Origin: an uncultured Defluviitaleaceae bacterium
GTDB taxonomy: Bacteria; Bacillota; Clostridia; Lachnospirales; WRBF01
DNA length: 64,000 nt
Direction: 5' to 3'
NCBI GenBank assembly: GCA_964492715.1
Contig: CAZBLK010000003.1
Location: 13,205 to 77,204 of the forward strand
The notes under the pieces are model-generated. The model did no database searches. It saw only the letters and a list, made by a program, of their open reading frames with translations, and was not told the origin of the DNA. The position numbers and the translations under genes are program-made. Below are positions 1-8,678 of this stretch, piece after piece; the first letter of the stretch is position 1, and each line of letters starts with the position of its first letter.

Positions 1-94
1 CTCTTGCCGCTTCAGAATTTTCGTAAAGCTCTTTTCCCATGCCTGCATACTGTGCGCCTTGCCCAGAAAAAACTAAAGCAACTACTTTGCCCAT
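1..94 (-). CDS. fabD: Malonyl-CoA:ACP transacylase FabD, N-terminal fragment (gene continues past the window start)
   Basis: Reverse complement of 1-94 translates to MGKVVALVFSGQGAQYAGMGKELYENSEAAR, the canonical FabD N-terminus (GQGxQ motif). It lies directly downstream of fabK in the usual fab order. Confidence 0.75.
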   Translation of the reverse strand, partial: MGKVVALVFSGQGAQYAGMGKELYENSEAAR

Positions 95-1029
95 TGAGTA
101 GCACCTCTCAACACTTCGTCAGCATGGCTAAACATTTCATCTATAATTTCTTTACACGTTTGCTCTTTTTTAACAAAAGCTGCCGCTTGCCCGGCTAGGA
201 AAGAGCCTTTTTGTGTATCACCCTCAACAGCCGCAAGCCGCAAAGCACCGACGCCAAACGCTTCCAGTTCCTCATTTGAAACCGAACTGTCATATTCCAT
301 TTTAAGAAATTCTTTTGTAAACGGGCTTTTTATAGCACGAACCGGGTGACCAAGTCGCTTTCCGGTTGTCATAGTGTCAATGTCTTTTGCTTTAATTACT
401 TTGTCTTTGTAATTTTGATGAATGGTACATTCTTTAGCCGCCAAAAAACGTGTTCCAACTTGAACTCCGCAAGCACCAAGCATAAATGCCGCTGCTATTC
501 CTCTGCCGTCGGCAATTCCTCCAGCGGCAATTACAGGCACGTCTACTGCGTCACAAACTTGCGGAACAAGTACCATTGTAGTTAAGTCACCTACATGGCC
601 GCCGCTTTCGCCGCCTTCTGCAATTACGGCACAAGCACCAGAGCGCACAACCATTTTTGCAATGCTAACAGACGGAACGACAGGAATAACTTTTATTCCG
701 TTTTCTATCCAGCTTTTAATATACTTTGCTGGAAGCCCGGCCCCAGTTGTTACAACTTTTACACCTGTGTCTATAACGAGTTGTGCAATGTCGTCTGCGT
801 ACGGGCTCATTAACATTATGTTAACGCCGAAAGGCTTGTCTGTCAGCTTTTTTGCCTTTTCAATTTCACCACGCACATAATCAGCAGGGGCATTTGCGGC
901 TGCAATCAAGCCAAGCCCCCCTGCGTTTGAAACTGCACTAGCAAGCGAAGCGTTAGAAACCCACGCCATGCCGCCTTGAAAAATTGGATATTCTATTCCG
1001 ATTAAATCGCAAATTTTTGTTTTAACCAT
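82..1029 (-). CDS. fabK: Enoyl-ACP reductase II (FabK, FMN/nitronate monooxygenase fold)
   Basis: 315 aa with IEYPIFQGGMAWV, GGLGLI and AEGGESGGH motifs typical of FabK, in fab operon context. Confidence 0.9.
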   Translation of the reverse strand: MVKTKICDLIGIEYPIFQGGMAWVSNASLASAVSNAGGLGLIAAANAPADYVRGEIEKAKKLTDKPFGVNIMLMSPYADDIAQLVIDTGVKVVTTGAGLPAKYIKSWIENGIKVIPVVPSVSIAKMVVRSGACAVIAEGGESGGHVGDLTTMVLVPQVCDAVDVPVIAAGGIADGRGIAAAFMLGACGVQVGTRFLAAKECTIHQNYKDKVIKAKDIDTMTTGKRLGHPVRAIKSPFTKEFLKMEYDSSVSNEELEAFGVGALRLAAVEGDTQKGSFLAGQAAAFVKKEQTCKEIIDEMFSHADEVLRGATQWAK

Positions 1030-1249
1030 TGTTCTTCAACTCGTCAATCAAGTTAACTACATCAGCAACTGTTTTAAGCTTTTCGTTCATTTCAATTGTT
1101 ACATCAAATTCTTCTTCAAGCTTCATAATAAGCTCTACAGTGTCAAGAGAGTCAAGCCCAAGCTGTTCCCAAGTTGTTTCCATTTTAATTGTGCTTACGT
1201 CTGTTTCCAAGCTGTCTGCAAGAATTGCTGCAATTTTTTCAAAAGTCAT
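1022..1249 (-). CDS. acpP: Acyl carrier protein
   Basis: The LGLDSLDTVELIMKLEEEF phosphopantetheine-attachment motif is present. I chose the ATG at 1249 because the GGAGGA immediately upstream is the likely SD; the longer ORF-track start reads through it. Confidence 0.9.
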   Translation of the reverse strand: MTFEKIAAILADSLETDVSTIKMETTWEQLGLDSLDTVELIMKLEEEFDVTIEMNEKLKTVADVVNLIDELKNNG

Positions 1250-1271
1250 GTTAAATTCCTCCAAATTATTT

Positions 1272-2219
1272 TTATATTTTTACAACGCAAGCACCCGAAG
1301 TTAAGCCTCCGCCAAATGCCGCAAAAACAACAGTGTCACCTTTTTTAATGCTTCCATCACGCATGAGGTTATCAAGCACTAATGGAATTGTAACGCTTGA
1401 CATGTTTCCAATGTCTTGGATTTGACAAGCAATTTTTTCTGTACCGAGCTTTTGTTTTGCTGTTTCAATAATTCTTATGTTTGCTTGATGCGGAACAACC
1501 ATATCAACTTCGTCAATTGTAAGCCCTGCATCTTTCAAAACATCTTTTATGTCGTTTACCATTGCATTAACGGCAAACTTGAAAACTTCTTGACCATTCA
1601 TGTAAAAAAGGCTTGTGTCAAACGCTTTTTTTGCAAACGGGCTAGTTCCAGACGAAATGCCAATTTTTAAAACATCTGCATTTCCAGAAGAAGTAAGCTT
1701 GCAAGCAAGCATTCCGTCGCCATTTTTTAAAACGCAAGCTGCTGCGCCATCACCAAACAAAACGCAAGAAGCTCTGTCTGTCCAGTCGGTATGCCTTGTC
1801 ATTTCTTCGGCACATACAAAAAGTATATGTTCGGCTTTTCCGGATTTGAACATAGAATCTGCTAAATCTAAGCCATAAATAAACCCAGAGCAAGCAGCGT
1901 TTATGTCAAGCGCAGGACATTTTGCGCCTAAAGCTGCTTGCAAAAGGCATGAGAGTGACGGAGTTTTATAATCGCCTTCAACTGTTGAAACAATGATGTA
2001 ATCAAGCGAAGTAGGGGAGAGCCCAGCTGCTTCAAGTGCTCTTTTTGAAGCTTCTGTTACAAGGTCTGTCATTGTTTCGTTGGTGCAAATGTGGCGTTCT
2101 TTTATGCCTGTCCTTGAAGTAATCCATTCATCAGACGTTTCTACCATTTCACTAAGCTTTTCGTTTGTAAGCACATATTCGGGCAGGCTTGAGCCTGTAC
2201 CAATGATATTAAAGCTCAT
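1272..2219 (-). CDS. fabH: 3-oxoacyl-ACP synthase III
   Basis: 315 aa with the AACSGF active-site Cys motif and the HQAN and GGG motifs of KAS III. Confidence 0.92.
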   Translation of the reverse strand: MSFNIIGTGSSLPEYVLTNEKLSEMVETSDEWITSRTGIKERHICTNETMTDLVTEASKRALEAAGLSPTSLDYIIVSTVEGDYKTPSLSCLLQAALGAKCPALDINAACSGFIYGLDLADSMFKSGKAEHILFVCAEEMTRHTDWTDRASCVLFGDGAAACVLKNGDGMLACKLTSSGNADVLKIGISSGTSPFAKKAFDTSLFYMNGQEVFKFAVNAMVNDIKDVLKDAGLTIDEVDMVVPHQANIRIIETAKQKLGTEKIACQIQDIGNMSSVTIPLVLDNLMRDGSIKKGDTVVFAAFGGGLTSGACVVKI

Positions 2220-2686
2220 AATTTATTCCTTTCATAAAGCCCAATTTTTTGCTTAAAAAAGTTGTTCAACTTATCTACACCTTTAAGCATAACCGCTTGT
2301 TCTTCTTCTGTTAAAAATGCCGCAACTTCTTCAACCATTTTCATGTGAAAGAAATAATGCTGTCTGTAAGCTTTAACGCCTTCTTTTGTAAGAGAAACAA
2401 TTACAGAACGCCCGTCGCTTTGGCACTTTTGCTTTTCAACCATTCCTTTTTCCACAAGCTTTTTTATACCAACAGTAACTGTAGCAAGAGTAATGCTAAG
2501 CTCTTGGGCAATTTCGGAAATTGTTCTCCTATAGTTTTCACCGTTTCCAACTGCTTCAATCAAATGGAACTCACAAATTGATAAATTATATTTTGAATGA
2601 GTATTAATCGTTTGTTCCTCGACTTTTAAAATGGAACGAAAGGTGTCAACAATAAGCTCGTTAAACCTTACGGTGAATTCATTCAC
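2216..2686 (-). CDS. MarR-family transcriptional regulator, FabT-like by position
   Basis: 156 aa winged-helix MarR pattern. It is the first gene of the fab operon and overlaps the fabH start by 4 nt. Confidence 0.75.
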   Translation of the reverse strand: MNEFTVRFNELIVDTFRSILKVEEQTINTHSKYNLSICEFHLIEAVGNGENYRRTISEIAQELSITLATVTVGIKKLVEKGMVEKQKCQSDGRSVIVSLTKEGVKAYRQHYFFHMKMVEEVAAFLTEEEQAVMLKGVDKLNNFFKQKIGLYERNKL

Positions 2687-2739
2687 AGCGTTATACCCCC
2701 ATATTTTGTAAAATATTTCTTTTATATTATAGAGCTACA

Positions 2740-2764
2740 TTAATTAGTTTGTCAAGCTAATTAA
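2740..2764. promoter_or_regulatory. Candidate MarR/FabT-type operator palindrome upstream of the fab operon
   Basis: TTAATTAG-N9-CTAATTAA perfect 8-bp arms. The inner 17-mer TTAGTTTGTCAAGCTAA is a near-palindrome with AGTTTG half-sites, 55-80 bp upstream of the marR start. Confidence 0.35.
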
Positions 2765-2957
2765 AAAACATTATTTAGACATTAATTTTCAATTGTGACA
2801 TTTGCATTTTTCACAATATTTTATTTGTACTATATTGTATCAATTGACAAAACACAGCCAATATACTATGCTATTAATATTAATATGTAGATATAATAGG
2901 AAATAATTTTTAACATAACTTAACAATGAACCATGCACATATCAAGAGGGGGATTTT

Positions 2958-3338
2958 ATGTTGGTAAAGAGGTTAGCACATGATGACGAAAAATGTACAA
3001 AATGTCATTTGTGTGAAAAAGCTTGCTCACAAGCTTTCTTTAAAGATGATGCTCTTGAAAAGTCAAGAATATCTATCGAAGAAAACAGCATTAACGTGTG
3101 CAACCAATGCGGCGAATGTATTGACGTTTGCAACGAAATGGCTTTGTATAGAAACAGCTCAGGTGTAGTAATGCTTGATTCAAAAAAATGTGTTGGGTGT
3201 TTAATGTGTGTTGGATTTTGCCCAAGTCTTTCTTTACGGCTTCCCGAAGGCTTTTTAAAGCCGTTTAAGTGTACAGCTTGCGGCATTTGCGTTAAGGAAT
3301 GCCCAGAGAAAGTGTTAACTATTGAGTGTAATAATTAA
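2958..3338 (+). CDS. Poly-ferredoxin-like 4Fe-4S cluster protein
   Basis: 126 aa with repeated CxxCxxCxxxC(P) motifs (CTKCHLCEKAC, CNQCGECIDVC, CVGCLMCVGFCP, CTACGICVKECP), immediately upstream of the AOR gene. Confidence 0.8.
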   Translation: MLVKRLAHDDEKCTKCHLCEKACSQAFFKDDALEKSRISIEENSINVCNQCGECIDVCNEMALYRNSSGVVMLDSKKCVGCLMCVGFCPSLSLRLPEGFLKPFKCTACGICVKECPEKVLTIECNN

Positions 3339-3380
3339 TGAAGTAAAAGACATTCATCTGTAATTTTAGGGAGGATTATC

Positions 3381-5552
3381 ATGCCTTGTGAAGTTAAAAA
3401 AGCTAGAGTTGACAAAATAAAGTCGTCCAAGCTTTTGACTGAGTTTAAATATGAGCCTATAAAGCTTGAAAAAGGCTACACAGACAAAACTTTATACATA
3501 AATGTTTCTACTAATGAAGTTAAAATAAAAGACGTTCCAGAGCATGTAAAGAAAAATTTTACAGGCGGAAAAGGGTATGGGCTTTGGAACCTTTGGAACG
3601 CTATTTCTGACGAAACAAACTGGGACGACAGTGAAAATGAAATTGTTATAGCTACAGGCCCTGTTGGCGGCATTACTCAATACCCAGGCTCTGGAAAGTC
3701 AATCGTTGTTTCGCTTTCTCCTCTTTCAAACAACGTTATGGATTCAAACGTGGGTGGACATTTTGGCCCTTACTTAAAATTTTCTGGGTTTGATGCACTT
3801 GAAATTCAAGGTAAAGCGAACCAAGATGTTATTGTTTATATAGACGGAAACACACAAACAGTTCAAATTTTTGAAGCAGACTACGACTTTGCAGATAGCC
3901 ATATTTATGGACAAGAGCTAACCGAAGCTTTTGCAGCAGATGAGGAAGATAAAAGAAACATTTCTGTTGTTTCAACAGGAAGCGCAGCAAAGCACGCAAA
4001 GTTTGCTATGCTTAACTTTTCATACTATGATAAACGCCGTGGTGAGCAACGCCTTAAACAAGCTGGACGTGGCGGAATGGGAACTGTTTTTGCAAACAAA
4101 AACATTAAAGCACTTGTAATTCATTATGCGGGAACTACGCCAAACATGAATGATGTTGTAGACCTTGCAACAATCCAGAAAACAGGCACAAAGCTTCATA
4201 AGGAAATACACGATTACGACCCAATTCAAACGCAAAAGCGTGAGGTTGGTACAGCTAACATAGTTGAAATTATGAATGATTATGACCTTTTGCCATGCAA
4301 CAACTTTAAATATGGCAGTAACCCACAAGTTGTTAGAATTGATTCTAAAAATATTAAGAAAATAGTTACACAAAACGTACCAGATGGTTGTTGGTTTGGG
4401 TGTTCAATGGCGTGTGCAAAAGCAGCAGATAACTTTTTGCTAAAGACTGGGCCGTATAAAGGGCAAAAGGTTTTAGTTGACGGCCCAGAGTATGAAACAG
4501 TTGCTGCTCTTGGCTCAAACCCTGCCGTGTTTAATATGGAACATGTTTTTGAGTGCAATTTCTATTGTGATACATATGGAATTGACACAATAAGCTTTGG
4601 TACACTTACAGCTTTTCTTATGGAATGTTACGAGCTTGGTGTGCTTAACAAAGAACGCACAGGTGGGCTTGAGCTTTGCTTTGGAAACGGCGATGCAATG
4701 ATGGAGCTTCTTCACCAAATGTCTAGTGGGGAAGGGTTTGGACTTATTGCTGGAAATGGTGTAGAGTACTGCAAAAAATATTTCGTTGAAAACTTTGGCG
4801 CAGACCCTGCTGTAATGCACGACATTGGAATGTGCGGCAAGGGGCTTGAAGTTTCACAATATATGTCTAAAGAATCTATTGCACAGCAAGCTGGTTATTT
4901 CATTACAAACAAAGGACCACAGCACGACGAAGCTTGGCTTATATTTATGGACATGGTAAACAACCAAATTCCTACTTATGAAAACAAAGCAGAAGCACTG
5001 CATTACTTCCCTATGTTTAGAACATGGTTTGGGCTTTTGGGCTTGTGCAAGCTACCTTGGAATGACATTGAGCCTGCAAACAACCGCCAAACAGCAGAGC
5101 CTGCAAAAGTGCCAGAACATGTTGACAATTATCTTGCACTTTACAAGTCTGTTACAGGTGTGGAAATTGACCGTGACGACATGATTAGAATGTCTGAGCG
5201 AGTTTACAACTTCCAGCGTGTGTTTGTTGCGAGACGTGGTTATGCCTCACGTGCGTATGACACACCTCCTTATAGAGCTGTTGGCCCTGTTACACGTGAG
5301 GAGTACATTTCACGGGCAGAACGGTATGACAAACAGCTTGAGCAGTTTGGGCATGACTTAAAGGGCAAAACTGTTGTTGAAAAAATTAAGCTTTTGCGAG
5401 AGCATAGAGAAAAGCAGTACGACGAGCTTTTGAATGTTGTATATAAACGCAGAGGCTGGGATAATAACGGCATACCAAAGCCAGAATTATTAAAAGAGTT
5501 AGGTATTGACTATCCAGAGGTTATGCAAGTTGTAGAGCGGTTTCAAAAGTAG
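3381..5552 (+). CDS. aor: Aldehyde:ferredoxin oxidoreductase (AOR) family tungsto-/molybdopterin enzyme, long (YdhV-like length) form
   Basis: 723 aa with an AOR_N-like GGKGYG...ATGPVGG region, a DGPEYETVAALGSN pterin-binding-type motif and the typical C-terminal RRGWDNNGIPKPELLKELGI. Confidence 0.88.
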   Translation: MPCEVKKARVDKIKSSKLLTEFKYEPIKLEKGYTDKTLYINVSTNEVKIKDVPEHVKKNFTGGKGYGLWNLWNAISDETNWDDSENEIVIATGPVGGITQYPGSGKSIVVSLSPLSNNVMDSNVGGHFGPYLKFSGFDALEIQGKANQDVIVYIDGNTQTVQIFEADYDFADSHIYGQELTEAFAADEEDKRNISVVSTGSAAKHAKFAMLNFSYYDKRRGEQRLKQAGRGGMGTVFANKNIKALVIHYAGTTPNMNDVVDLATIQKTGTKLHKEIHDYDPIQTQKREVGTANIVEIMNDYDLLPCNNFKYGSNPQVVRIDSKNIKKIVTQNVPDGCWFGCSMACAKAADNFLLKTGPYKGQKVLVDGPEYETVAALGSNPAVFNMEHVFECNFYCDTYGIDTISFGTLTAFLMECYELGVLNKERTGGLELCFGNGDAMMELLHQMSSGEGFGLIAGNGVEYCKKYFVENFGADPAVMHDIGMCGKGLEVSQYMSKESIAQQAGYFITNKGPQHDEAWLIFMDMVNNQIPTYENKAEALHYFPMFRTWFGLLGLCKLPWNDIEPANNRQTAEPAKVPEHVDNYLALYKSVTGVEIDRDDMIRMSERVYNFQRVFVARRGYASRAYDTPPYRAVGPVTREEYISRAERYDKQLEQFGHDLKGKTVVEKIKLLREHREKQYDELLNVVYKRRGWDNNGIPKPELLKELGIDYPEVMQVVERFQK

Positions 5553-5610
5553 ACTTCTTGCCGTAAAGGCGGCGTTTATAATTTCTCAAGAGGTCTAGTA
5601 GAAAAATATT

Positions 5611-5635
5611 GGGGCGGACGTTGTTCGCCCTTTTT
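5611..5635 (+). terminator. Rho-independent terminator-like hairpin after aor
   Basis: GGGCGGAC-gtt-GTTCGCCC stem followed by TTTTT. Confidence 0.5.
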
Positions 5636-5667
5636 AATCATTGCACAATTTTATAAAGGGGTATAAA

Positions 5668-5865
5668 ATGATATTATTAAACAATAGAGAATTTGAGTAT
5701 TTTGAAAATATGACAGTGAGGAAGTTGATTGATAAATTAAAATATTCTTATCCTGTACTTATTGTTAGAGTAAATAAAGTATTAATAGATGAAGCGCAGT
5801 TTGAAACAACTACTATTAAAGATGGTGATATTGTTGACATTATTCACCCTATATGCGGAGGCTGA
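5668..5865 (+). CDS. ThiS/MoaD-family small sulfur-carrier-like protein
   Basis: 65 aa from the ATG after the AAAGGGG SD. It is of beta-grasp size and ends in the diagnostic C-terminal GG (IHPICGG). Confidence 0.7.
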   Translation: MILLNNREFEYFENMTVRKLIDKLKYSYPVLIVRVNKVLIDEAQFETTTIKDGDIVDIIHPICGG

Positions 5866-5910
5866 TTTACAAATAAATTTGTTTCATAAAAAACTTTAGA
5901 GGTGATATTG

Positions 5911-6336
5911 TTGAAAATTTCAACAAAAGGGCGTTATGCTTTGGAAGCGCTAACATATATGTCTGCAAATCAAGACAAGATGCCAATTAACATAAAAATA
6001 TTAGCAGAAGAAACAACAATTTCGGAAAGGTACTTAGAACAGATTTTTTTAATTCTTCGTAAAGCTGGAATTTTGTCAACAAAACGAGGGCCTGGCGGAG
6101 GATATTTTATTGCAGTTAGTTGTGACGTTTTAAAAATTGGTGATGTAATTCGAGTTGTTGAAGGCGAAATTATTCCTGTACCATGCGTTAAAGGGTCTTG
6201 CAACCGTGGTGATGATTTTTATAATACTTGCAAAACTAGAGATATATGGAAAAAGATTGCAGCTTCTGCTGATGTAGTGTTTGATGGAATTACTCTTGCA
6301 GATTTGGCATCAAAATATAATGAAATGAGGTGCTAA
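5911..6336 (+). CDS. Rrf2-family transcriptional regulator, paralogue 1 (3-Cys cluster-ligand-like pattern)
   Basis: MKISTKGRYALEAL N-terminus with a TTG start 7 nt after the AGAGGTGA SD (the ORF track offers a GTG at 5902). Contains C-x4-C-x9-C (PCVKGSCNRGDDFYNTC). Confidence 0.85.
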   Translation: MKISTKGRYALEALTYMSANQDKMPINIKILAEETTISERYLEQIFLILRKAGILSTKRGPGGGYFIAVSCDVLKIGDVIRVVEGEIIPVPCVKGSCNRGDDFYNTCKTRDIWKKIAASADVVFDGITLADLASKYNEMRC

Positions 6337-6337
6337 T

Positions 6338-6760
6338 TTGAAGATATCAACTAAAGGACGTTATGGGCTTAGAGCTATTATAGATTTAACTTTACATTCT
6401 GACGATAGCTTTGTTTCTTTAGCCACTATTGCAAAAAGACAAAATATTTCACTAAACTATTTAGAGCACAGTTTTTCGTCGTTGAAAAAAGCTGGAATTA
6501 TCATTGGATTGGCTGGCTCAAACGGAGGGTATAAGCTTAATTGTGACCCAAGCAAACTTACTGTTAAAGACATTTTGGTTGTTTTAGAGGGAGATTTATC
6601 TGTTATTGATAATTCATACAGAAAAAATGAATCTGTTTTAAGGCGTTGTATCCGTGAAAATGTTTGGGAAAAAATTGATGAAAGTATTGATGATATTGTT
6701 TCTAATATGACTATTCAAGACATTATTGGCAAAAATGAAACAGATGTTCCTTTGACCTAG
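6338..6760 (+). CDS. Rrf2-family transcriptional regulator, paralogue 2 (lacks the 3-Cys pattern)
   Basis: MKISTKGRYGLRAI N-terminus with a TTG start 1 nt after the paralogue-1 stop. There is only a single Cys in the region where IscR/NsrR ligands lie. Confidence 0.85.
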   Translation: MKISTKGRYGLRAIIDLTLHSDDSFVSLATIAKRQNISLNYLEHSFSSLKKAGIIIGLAGSNGGYKLNCDPSKLTVKDILVVLEGDLSVIDNSYRKNESVLRRCIRENVWEKIDESIDDIVSNMTIQDIIGKNETDVPLT

Positions 6761-6899
6761 CAAAATTTATCCTTTCTAAATATAAATTAAATTTCACACA
6801 AACCGCCGAATTACTAGAAATGTAAGTTACACATTTCGGCGGTGCTTATTAGACACATCATTTCCTTATTAATTGTCCAATTTAAATTATCGTATCCTA

Positions 6900-6951
6900 T
6901 TGACAACACAAAAGTAATATTGTATCATTAATTAAAACCAAGTAACTTGGT
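6900..6951 (+). promoter_or_regulatory. Sigma-A-like promoter plus perfect palindrome (candidate Rrf2 operator) upstream of rrf2-iscS-iscU-mnmA
   Basis: TTGACA (6900-6905), 17-nt spacer, TATCAT (6923-6928), then ACCAAGT-a-ACTTGGT at 6937-6951. Confidence 0.35.
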
Positions 6952-6975
6952 ATGAATTAAACAACCTCAAAAGGT

Positions 6976-7416
6976 GTGATAGAATTGAAAATATCTACAA
7001 GAGGGCGTTATGGCTTGCGTGCCATTGTTGACTTGGCTTCTCATGAAGGTGAAAAATATGTTTCACTAAAATCCATTGCAGAACGCCAAAATATTTCTGA
7101 AAATTATTTGGAGCAGTTAATATCTTCACTTAAAAAAGCTGGGCTTGTTAAAAGCATTAGGGGTGCTTCAGGTGGCTATTGCTTAAATTGCAACCCTAAG
7201 GAAGTTTCTGTTGGCACCATTTTAAACATTCTTGAAGGCTCACTTTACCCTGTTGACTGTTTGGTGGAAGATGAAAGCAATGCGTGCGGAAGTGCAAGCT
7301 GCAAAACATGCGTAACAAAGCCAATTTGGGAAAAGCTATATGAAACGATGTCAGATGTTTTAAATGGCATAACGCTTGACGATTTAGTGAACAACTACAA
7401 AAAAATTGAATTATAA
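6976..7416 (+). CDS. Rrf2-family regulator, paralogue 3 (IscR/CymR-like, heads the isc operon)
   Basis: KISTRGRYGLRAIVDL helix-turn-helix N-terminus and the Cys cluster DCLVEDESNACGSASCKTC. The start is GTG at 6976 or TTG at 6985. Confidence 0.85.
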   Translation: MIELKISTRGRYGLRAIVDLASHEGEKYVSLKSIAERQNISENYLEQLISSLKKAGLVKSIRGASGGYCLNCNPKEVSVGTILNILEGSLYPVDCLVEDESNACGSASCKTCVTKPIWEKLYETMSDVLNGITLDDLVNNYKKIEL

Positions 7417-7479
7417 CGTTCGGATATAAATGATTAAACATGAAAATGTAAACACAAAAGAGAAATAGGAGTTGATTTT

Positions 7480-8655
7480 ATGTCACAAGGAGTTTATTTT
7501 GACAACGCTGCAACAAAATGTGTTCGTCCAGAGGTTTTTGAGGCAATGCGCCCTTTTTTAACCGATAATTACGGAAACCCTTCAAGTGTATACGAACTTG
7601 GAAGGAACACAAAAAAATTTATAGATGAAGCAAGGCAAAAAGTAGCAACTGCTATTGGTGCTGGCAAAGATGAAATTTTTTTTACAGCAGGCGGAACGGA
7701 AGCAGACAACTGGGCTATTAAAGGTATTGCCGAAGCTTTAGCAGAAAAGGGCAACCACATAATTACAACGACAATTGAGCACCATGCTGTTCTTCACACT
7801 TGTGAATACCTTGAAAAAAAAGGTTTTGAAGTAACTTATTTGCCTGTAGACGAATTTGGGCTTATAAACTTAGATGAATTAGAAGCCGCAATTCGCCCAG
7901 AAACTATACTTATTACAATTATGTTTGCAAATAATGAAATTGGTACAATACAGCCTATACCTGAAATAGGCGCAATTGCTAAAAAACATGGCATTTATTT
8001 CCACTCAGATGCAGTTCAAGCGGTTGGGCATGTTGACATTGACGTTAAATCACTTAATGTTGACCTTCTTTCAATTTCTGCACACAAGCTTTATGCTCCA
8101 AAGGGAGTAGGGGCTTTATATATACGCAAGGGCGTTAAGATTACTCAGCTTATACACGGTGGAGGACAGGAAAGAAAACGCCGTGGTGGAACTGAAAACG
8201 TTGCAGGAATTGTGGCGTTTGGAACAGCCATTGAGCTTATGTCAAAAGAAATGCAAGAAGAAAATAAAAAACTTTTACATTTGCGTGATAAGCTTATAGA
8301 TGGAATACTTAAAAATATTCCTTATACAAGGTTAAACGGGCACAGAGAAAAAAGGCTTTCGGATAACGTTAACGTATCGTTTGAATTTATAGAAGGTGAA
8401 TCGCTTTTGCTACTGCTTGACATGCAGCATATTTATGCTTCCAGCGGTTCAGCGTGTACGTCGGGTTCGTTAGACCCTTCTCATGTTTTGCTTGCAATAG
8501 GCTTGCCGCATGAAATCGCACACGGTTCGTTAAGGCTTTCACTTGGCAGGTACAATACAGATGAAGATGTTGACAAGTTGCTTGCTGTGTTGCCGCCAAT
8601 TGTACAAAGGCTTAGAGAAATGTCACCGTTATATGAAAATGTTAAAAAACGATAA
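7480..8655 (+). CDS. iscS: Cysteine desulfurase (NifS/IscS type, PLP-dependent)
   Basis: 391 aa with the SISAHKLYAPKGVG PLP-lysine motif and the SSGSACTS active-site Cys loop. Confidence 0.92.
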   Translation: MSQGVYFDNAATKCVRPEVFEAMRPFLTDNYGNPSSVYELGRNTKKFIDEARQKVATAIGAGKDEIFFTAGGTEADNWAIKGIAEALAEKGNHIITTTIEHHAVLHTCEYLEKKGFEVTYLPVDEFGLINLDELEAAIRPETILITIMFANNEIGTIQPIPEIGAIAKKHGIYFHSDAVQAVGHVDIDVKSLNVDLLSISAHKLYAPKGVGALYIRKGVKITQLIHGGGQERKRRGGTENVAGIVAFGTAIELMSKEMQEENKKLLHLRDKLIDGILKNIPYTRLNGHREKRLSDNVNVSFEFIEGESLLLLLDMQHIYASSGSACTSGSLDPSHVLLAIGLPHEIAHGSLRLSLGRYNTDEDVDKLLAVLPPIVQRLREMSPLYENVKKR

Positions 8656-8678
8656 ATTTTTATAAGGAGGATTTTAAA

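Noticed and set aside
4-198. 64-aa plus-strand ORF at the window start.
   Set aside because: It is antisense to the clear fabD N-terminus and fabK C-terminus.
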